Below are positions 57,251 to 64,000 of a stretch of 64,000 bases of DNA, piece after piece (within the stretch, counting starts at the first letter, position 1; the number at the start of each line of letters is the position of its first letter). The position numbers were made by a program, and so were the translations under genes. A model generated the notes under the pieces. That model was given only the letters and a program-made list of their open reading frames with translations. It had not been told where the DNA came from and did no database searches. The stretch is taken from positions 362,004 to 426,003 of the forward strand of contig NZ_OZ252036.1 of NCBI RefSeq assembly GCF_965247785.1, in the 5' to 3' direction. The DNA comes from Deinococcus sp. (GTDB lineage: Bacteria; Deinococcota; Deinococci; Deinococcales; Deinococcaceae).

Positions 57251-58236
57251 CGGACCGGAGCGAGCTGGTGCTCGGCATCGACGCCGGGAACACCAAGACC
57301 ATCGCGCTCATCAGCGACACCTCCGGCACGGTGCTCGGCTGGGGCCGGGCCGGGAGCAGCAACATCTACGTCTCCAAGCCGCGCGCGCTGCTGGCGCTCG
57401 ACCAGGCGGTGCAGGCCGCCCGCAGCCGAGCCGGACTGAACGGGTCTTCCTTCGCGGCGGTCACGCTCAGCAGCGCCGGGGCCGACTGGCCCGAGGATTT
57501 TTTGCTGCTGCAAACCATGCTGGAGGAGCGGGGCTGGGCCGAGCGGGTGCAGGTGGTGAACGACGCGGTGGGGGCGTTGCGGGCCGGGACGCTGGAAGGA
57601 ATCGGGGTGGCGGTCGCCTGCGGCACGAGCGCGGGGGTGGCCGCCCGCTCGCCCGGGGGGGCGGTGTGGCACAGCAGCTACTGGCAGGAGCCGGAGGGGG
57701 CCGACGAGCTGGCGAAATTCACCCTGCGGGCGGCGTACCGGGCCGAACTGGGCATCGACCCCCCGACCTCACTGACCGCCAGGGTGCTGGCCCACTACCA
57801 CCAGGAGAGCGTGGGGGCGCTGCTGCATTCGCTGACCCGCCGGGATCGCCGGCCTCCGCGTCGCCTGGGGCGGCTGGCCCGCCTGCTGCTCGACGAGGCC
57901 GAGGCGGGCGACGAGACCAGCCTGAAGATCGTCTGCAAGCACGGGCGCTCTCTGGGCGACTACGCGCTGGCGGCGGCCCGGCGGGTGGACCTGGGCGGCT
58001 CCTACACACTCGTCACCTCCGGCGGCGTGATGCGCCATCCCTCGCGGGTGATGATCCGGGCGCTGATGGAGCGGGTTCAGGCGACGCATCCAGAGGCCAG
58101 GTGGCAGGCCAGCCGCCACGAGCCGGTGTTCGGGGCGCTGCTGCTGGCCCTGGAACTGGCCCGGCACCCGGTCCAGGCCGCCCTGCTCGAACGGCTGGAG
58201 GCCACCTGCCCGGACGAGTCGGTGTTCCGGACCTGA
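57247..58236 (+). CDS. BadF/BadG/BcrA/BcrD-type ATPase, N-acetylglucosamine kinase-like
   Basis: LVLGIDAGNTKT is the phosphate-1 motif of the ASKHA fold. ATGA overlap with nagB supports a sugar-kinase role. Confidence 0.75.
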   Translation: MTDRSELVLGIDAGNTKTIALISDTSGTVLGWGRAGSSNIYVSKPRALLALDQAVQAARSRAGLNGSSFAAVTLSSAGADWPEDFLLLQTMLEERGWAERVQVVNDAVGALRAGTLEGIGVAVACGTSAGVAARSPGGAVWHSSYWQEPEGADELAKFTLRAAYRAELGIDPPTSLTARVLAHYHQESVGALLHSLTRRDRRPPRRLGRLARLLLDEAEAGDETSLKIVCKHGRSLGDYALAAARRVDLGGSYTLVTSGGVMRHPSRVMIRALMERVQATHPEARWQASRHEPVFGALLLALELARHPVQAALLERLEATCPDESVFRT

Positions 58237-58373
58237 GGAGATTGCGGTTGAACGCCACGTGGTTTGCGGTGTCCATCCGACCGACGGGAGCAGGAGAAAG
58301 TCGGGTTCCGCCTGCAAGGGAATTGTACGAAACGCGTCTGAGCTGGAAGCCCGCCACCTTTCAAGGAGACTGA

Positions 58374-59315
58374 ATGCTCAAGCTGTTCCCTTTCGGTGAG
58401 GCGTTCGACGCCTCGATGGGCGGTCAGGTGCTGCGCCCGGGCGAGCCGCTGTTCGACCTCGACCCTCCGCACTACCGCGCGGAGGTGGCGGGAAAACGGC
58501 TGCTGCTGGAGGAAGACCACCCCTATTACTTCCGGGGCGGCGCGGCGACCCTGCCGGCCCAGTGGGAGGTGCTGCGGCTGATCCTGGAAGACCTCGCGGG
58601 CGGCTACCCGGAGTTCTGCACGCTACGGCAGGAAGGACAGGACTGGACCTGGCGCAATGACCTGCTGGACGAGGAGCAGAGCTTCACCTTCGGCGACCCG
58701 GGCAGCCTGCCGCTGGAGCCGCTCGACTGGGCCGGGCAGCAGGTGCAGGAAGACCTGGTGCTGATCGGCGCGGACGAGCGTTCTCCCTTCGTCGGCGGCC
58801 AGTTGTGCTTTGCCAACGGCTGGGCGCTCGAAGACCGGCTGGGCAAGTCGTTCGCCGAGATTCACACCCGCACGCCGGGCACCACCATGGGGTCGGTGAG
58901 CGCCGGAGAACGGCTGATGGAGGTACTGAGGCCGGGGCGGACAGTCTGGCGTTCGAGCTGGAACTTCAAGCTGACCGACAGGCTCGACCTGACCACCCGG
59001 CACAAGCCCCGCTACAAGGCCGACTTCGCTGCGCGGGCACCGCTGCTGGACGCTTCTACTGTGGGCCGGGAGGTGTTCGTGCGGATCGAGCGGCAGACCT
59101 TCACCCGACTGCCCAGGTCGGGCCTGGTCCTGTTCGGCATCCACACCTACAACAGCAGCCTGGAGACCGAGGCGAGAGACCCGGAGCGGGCCCGGCGGCT
59201 GCTGGCGGTGCTGCGCGGCACGCCTGAGGACGTCAAGAGCTACAAGGCGATCACGCCCATCGAGGGGCCGATGCTGGCCTATCTGGAGGCGCGGGTCGGC
59301 GGGGTGAGCGCGTGA
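58374..59315 (+). CDS. DUF3445-family protein (heme-dependent oxidative N-demethylase alpha-subunit-like)
   Basis: 313 aa. ..QEDLVLIGADERSPFVGGQLCFANGWALEDRLGKSFAEIH.. and ..REVFVRIERQTFTRLPRSG.. resemble DUF3445 proteins. AAGGAG precedes the ATG. Confidence 0.7.
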   Translation: MLKLFPFGEAFDASMGGQVLRPGEPLFDLDPPHYRAEVAGKRLLLEEDHPYYFRGGAATLPAQWEVLRLILEDLAGGYPEFCTLRQEGQDWTWRNDLLDEEQSFTFGDPGSLPLEPLDWAGQQVQEDLVLIGADERSPFVGGQLCFANGWALEDRLGKSFAEIHTRTPGTTMGSVSAGERLMEVLRPGRTVWRSSWNFKLTDRLDLTTRHKPRYKADFAARAPLLDASTVGREVFVRIERQTFTRLPRSGLVLFGIHTYNSSLETEARDPERARRLLAVLRGTPEDVKSYKAITPIEGPMLAYLEARVGGVSA

Positions 59316-60226
59316 GCTTCCAACCGGGACAGGCCCCCGATCCCCTGAACACTGGCCCCCTCGATACTGGCCCCCTCGATACTGGCCCCCTGACCCTGAG
59401 CGAGCTGTGGGTGTATCCGATCAAATCGGCGGGCGGGGTGCGGCTGGAGCGGTCGGAGGTCGAGCCGCGCGGCCTGAAGCACGACCGCCGCTGGATGCTG
59501 ATCGGCAGCGGCCGGGCGCTCACCCAGCGGCAGTACCCGAGGATGCGCCTGACCGAGATCAGTCTGCTGCCGGAAACAGACACCGAACACGTATTTGTGG
59601 TCGAGGCCCCCGGCATGCCGCCCCTGAAGGTGCCCCGCCGCCCGCAGGGTGAACGCCTCTCCACCCACGTCTGGGATGACGAGACCAGCGGGCGGGTGGT
59701 CTCCCCCGCCGTGTCGGCGTGGTTCAGCGACTTCCTGAATACCGCCTGCGACCTGCTGCACATGCCCGACGACGACGCGCGGGCGCAGCGGGGCAAGCCG
59801 TTCAGTTCTCTGCTGAGCTACGTGGACGGCAACCCGTTTCATCTCGTCACCCTGGCCTCGGTCGCCGACCTGAACACCCGGCTGGAGCGGCCCGTCACCG
59901 CGCTGAACTTCCGGCCGAACCTGGTGGTGAGCGGCGGACACCCCTACGCCGAGGATTTCTGGCGGCTGATCGGAGTCGGGCCACTGAGATTTCAGGTGGT
60001 CGAGAGCTGCGCCCGCTGCGGCGTGCTGAATGTCGGCGGCGACGGGCGTGCGGGCGCCGAGCCGCTACGAACGCTGGCGCGCTACCGTCGCCAGGGACGG
60101 GCGGTGCAGTTCGGCCAGAACATGTTGCAGGGCGCCGCGCTCTACCGGCCGGGCGGCGTCCTGAAGGTAGGCATGCCGGTGGTGGCGCTGGAACGGGCCG
60201 AGGTGCCCAATCCCTCCTATGAATGA
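59312..60226 (+). CDS. MOSC-domain protein (MOSC_N beta-barrel plus MOSC), no ferredoxin domain
   Basis: LWVYPIKSAGGVRLE...GLKHDRRWML is the MOSC_N part. FRPNLVV..ESCARCGV is the MOSC part with the conserved Cys. GTGA overlap with the DUF3445 gene. Confidence 0.85.
   Translation: MSFQPGQAPDPLNTGPLDTGPLDTGPLTLSELWVYPIKSAGGVRLERSEVEPRGLKHDRRWMLIGSGRALTQRQYPRMRLTEISLLPETDTEHVFVVEAPGMPPLKVPRRPQGERLSTHVWDDETSGRVVSPAVSAWFSDFLNTACDLLHMPDDDARAQRGKPFSSLLSYVDGNPFHLVTLASVADLNTRLERPVTALNFRPNLVVSGGHPYAEDFWRLIGVGPLRFQVVESCARCGVLNVGGDGRAGAEPLRTLARYRRQGRAVQFGQNMLQGAALYRPGGVLKVGMPVVALERAEVPNPSYE
59351..59391. repeat. 15-bp tandem repeat (2.7 copies) at the 5' end of the MOSC gene
   Basis: ACTGGCCCCCTCGAT x2 plus ACTGGCCCCCT. 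It encodes an (N/D)TGPL x3 N-terminal extension. Confidence 0.9.
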
Positions 60227-60306
60227 GGGCGGCGGGGCGACGGCGTTCGGCGGCGCCGTACCTGAAACGTCTTCCGTTCCAGTGCCGGACCGGCGGGAAA
60301 GCGCCG

Positions 60307-60574
60307 GATACGGGTCGATCCGCTTGGGCAGAACGGACGCCCTACAGGACGCCTGCCCACATGATGTCGCCTGCCCGCTTCTTGGGCAGATCAGCGCCGC
60401 TGGCGACGCTTGCCCGCTTCTTGGCAAGGACAGCGCCCATGAGGACGCTTTGCCGCTTCTTGGCAAGGACAGCGCCCATGAGGACGCTTTGCCGCTTTCG
60501 TCGCCGCCAAACCGGAGTTCTTGCCACTCGCCTCGCTCGCCAAAACTCCAAGAGTGTTGTGCGATTCCGTCTGA
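60307..60574. repeat. Mosaic repeat type I (copy G)
   Basis: GGA-TA-CGGGTCGATCCGCTTGGGCAGAACGGACGC, four hairpin units (two identical 44-bp units, CCGCTTCTTGGCAAGGACAGCGCCCATGAGGACGCTTTG..), and the right module ..CGCCAAAACTCCAAGAGTGTTGTGCGATTCCGTC. Confidence 0.7.
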
Positions 60575-60613
60575 GAGCCTGTCCCCCTTCCCCGCCAGCA
60601 AGGAGTTTCGCCG

Positions 60614-62452
<1,839 letters not shown>

Positions 62453-62663
62453 CGGTGACAGGCAACCGTTCATACCGAGCACGCCGCCTGGAAGCAGTTT
62501 CGACGATGACGCTCATTCTCATACATCCGGGGGAAGCGCCCGACCCGTGACGCCGCTTCCGTACCCGACGCAACCTCCCGCTGCCTGAAACGTCTGTCCG
62601 TTCGAGGGTTGACGAAAAGCGCTCCAGTACGCCGTGTGGATCCGGTGGTCAATTTCTGGGCAG

Positions 62664-63077
62664 TCAACCTGTGGAGTGTGGCCACCAGTAGGCCATGAGC
62701 TGGATCAGGCCGGCGCCCCACAGAATCCAGGCCGCGCCCAGCAGGAGGGGCACCGAGGTCAGGCCATAGAGGGCGGGAAAGAAGGTCAGGGCCACCCCGT
62801 CGCAGAGCATCGCCACCGAGGTCATCAGGGTCGCGGCCGGGAAGACCGCTGCACCCCTCGCGCCGCTGAGCAGGAGGCCGAGCCAGACGAAGGCCCAGGC
62901 GACCGGAAGGGTCAGGAGAAACACCAGCGGGAGCAGCGAACCGCCAGGAACGAAGACTCCGGGGCCGAGAAACCGGATCGTCATGGCCGCCAGAAACCAG
63001 AACGTGACGCCCAGCGCCGCGAGCAGAGGGAGGCGCATGGGGGCGCGTGACAGAGACGAACCGGGCAACACCGTCAT
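62664..63077 (-). CDS. Small membrane protein (4 TM), co-transcribed with the TetR regulator
   Basis: 137 aa and hydrophobic. ATGA overlap with the upstream TetR gene. Family not recognised with certainty. Confidence 0.6.
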   Translation of the reverse strand: MTVLPGSSLSRAPMRLPLLAALGVTFWFLAAMTIRFLGPGVFVPGGSLLPLVFLLTLPVAWAFVWLGLLLSGARGAAVFPAATLMTSVAMLCDGVALTFFPALYGLTSVPLLLGAAWILWGAGLIQLMAYWWPHSTG

Positions 63078-63628
63078 AAAAAACCTCCTGCGATCAGTGC
63101 GCCCTTGAGCGCGTGAAACGCCTCGTCTGTGCGCCGTTCGTCGCCCGTAGAGAAGCGGTCGATCAGCAGTCCGGTCAGGGCGGAGAGAACGAGGTGAGCG
63201 GTGGGGCTGGGGGCGTTTCTGAGATGGGCAACCACCACCCCGTTCCAGGCCCGAACGGAATGATCTGCGAACTGCCGGTAGCGCTGCTCGCCGGCCATCG
63301 CCCGCAGCTCTACCTCGAACAGTGACCGCAGAAATGGTGTGAACGCCGCAGAGGTCAGCTGGACCCAGAGCTGCTCGAAGCGCTGGACCGGGTCAACCGA
63401 CAGGTCGAGTCGCGAGAGGGCCGCCTGCTGCTGCGAGGCGACGGTGGCGAGCACGTCGACCACCAGTTGTTCCTTGGAGCCGAAGTGATAGAGCAGCAGC
63501 CGGGGACTCACGCCCAGAACGCCTGCCAGCGGGCGCAGACTGAGGTCGCTCAGGCCATGTTCGAGAACATAGGCGGTGACACGTATGAGCAGATCGGCTC
63601 TGGCCTGCGGATTGGGTGGTCTTCCCAT
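63074..63628 (-). CDS. TetR/AcrR-family transcriptional regulator
   Basis: The N-terminal HTH LIRVTAYVLEHGLSDLSLRPLAGVLGVSPRLLLYHFGSKEQLV is canonical TetR_N. Confidence 0.9.
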   Translation of the reverse strand: MGRPPNPQARADLLIRVTAYVLEHGLSDLSLRPLAGVLGVSPRLLLYHFGSKEQLVVDVLATVASQQQAALSRLDLSVDPVQRFEQLWVQLTSAAFTPFLRSLFEVELRAMAGEQRYRQFADHSVRAWNGVVVAHLRNAPSPTAHLVLSALTGLLIDRFSTGDERRTDEAFHALKGALIAGGFL

Positions 63629-63806
63629 AGCCTCCTCACTCGTTACGTGAAACGGGTGTAGAAGAAAAGAGGCGCTGCGTCAAGGCGGGAAATCGGGCGT
63701 GGCCGAGCATGATCTGTGGATGGCAGGACCCCGCGAAACGAGACCCACCGCCCGCACCGTTGTGAAAAATACCCTGACCTCCTGATTCTCCAGCCGGAGT
63801 CAGGCT

Positions 63807-64000
63807 TTACATCACCGCCGTCTCGACGTACTCGCCGAATACCTTGCGCAGCACGTCCATCTGCTCGCCCAGCGTGGCGTAGGCGTGGGCGCAGGCCAGG
63901 AAGGCGGGCATGCTGTTGTGCCCGTTCACCGCCGCGTCGTGCAGGGCGCTCAGGGCGTCTTTGTACCGCTGCGGGTCGCGCCCTCGCCGTACCTGGGCCA
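63807..64000 (-). CDS. Methylmalonyl-CoA mutase-family catalytic subunit, C-terminal fragment (5' part outside the window)
   Basis: Translation ..DPQRYKDALSALHDAAVNGHNSMPAFLACAHAYATLGEQMDVLRKVFGEYVETAVM* resembles the end of the MCM/ICM (beta/alpha)8 domain. TAA lies at 63807-63809. Confidence 0.55.
   Translation of the reverse strand, partial: AQVRRGRDPQRYKDALSALHDAAVNGHNSMPAFLACAHAYATLGEQMDVLRKVFGEYVETAVM

Overview
This is a high-GC (about 67%) bacterial window that is almost certainly from a Deinococcus genome. The evidence is a close HucR-type MarR regulator divergent from a uricase operon, plus Deinococcus-style mosaic small repeats. No searches were run, so all family calls come from motif recognition in the translations.

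Content from left to right:
- LacI-family fragment and an SDR (1-1008).
- A mobile-element pile-up (1.2-4.1 kb): an IS630-family IS split by a second, decayed IS630 and by a 125-bp MITE. The two insertions share a single central TA. A nonsense-mutated ester-cyclase pseudogene sits next to it.
- A beta-propeller lipoprotein, an AraC regulator and a DUF2252 protein.
- A 1211-aa cytoplasmic PAS/GAF histidine kinase lying just downstream of an orphan single-module NRPS (A-T-TE) and an Sfp-type PPTase.
- A tightly coupled nine-gene operon of unassigned function: NMT1/ThiY-type ABC importer, two paralogous 4-TM proteins, a creatininase-family protein, two CodA-like amidohydrolases and an FAD oxidase. 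It is divergent from an FMN alpha-hydroxy-acid oxidase.
- An inactivated TDT-transporter/LysR pair with a MITE at the LysR start, then BenE and a MocR regulator.
- A hucR-controlled urate/xanthine cluster (uraD-uox-uraH-xdhABC), a GH3 NagZ-like gene and guaD.
- A glycan/GlcNAc utilisation locus: GH38, GH84-like, LacI, an Opp/Dpp-type ABC system with a fused permease-ATPase, GH4, nagB and a GlcNAc-kinase-like gene.
- A DUF3445-MOSC pair, a GH3 beta-glucosidase, a TetR regulator with a membrane protein, and the 3' end of a methylmalonyl-CoA-mutase-like gene.

Structure beyond the genes:
- Eight copies of TA-flanked mosaic repeats. In three of them the element terminus coincides with the TGA stop codon of an unrelated gene.
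- Three and a half copies of a second MITE.
- Short 14-19 bp tandem duplications that straddle start and stop codons, or are in-frame 15-mers inside genes.

No rRNA, tRNA or CRISPR was seen. Most of the long ORFs in the track are GC-rich antisense shadow ORFs.
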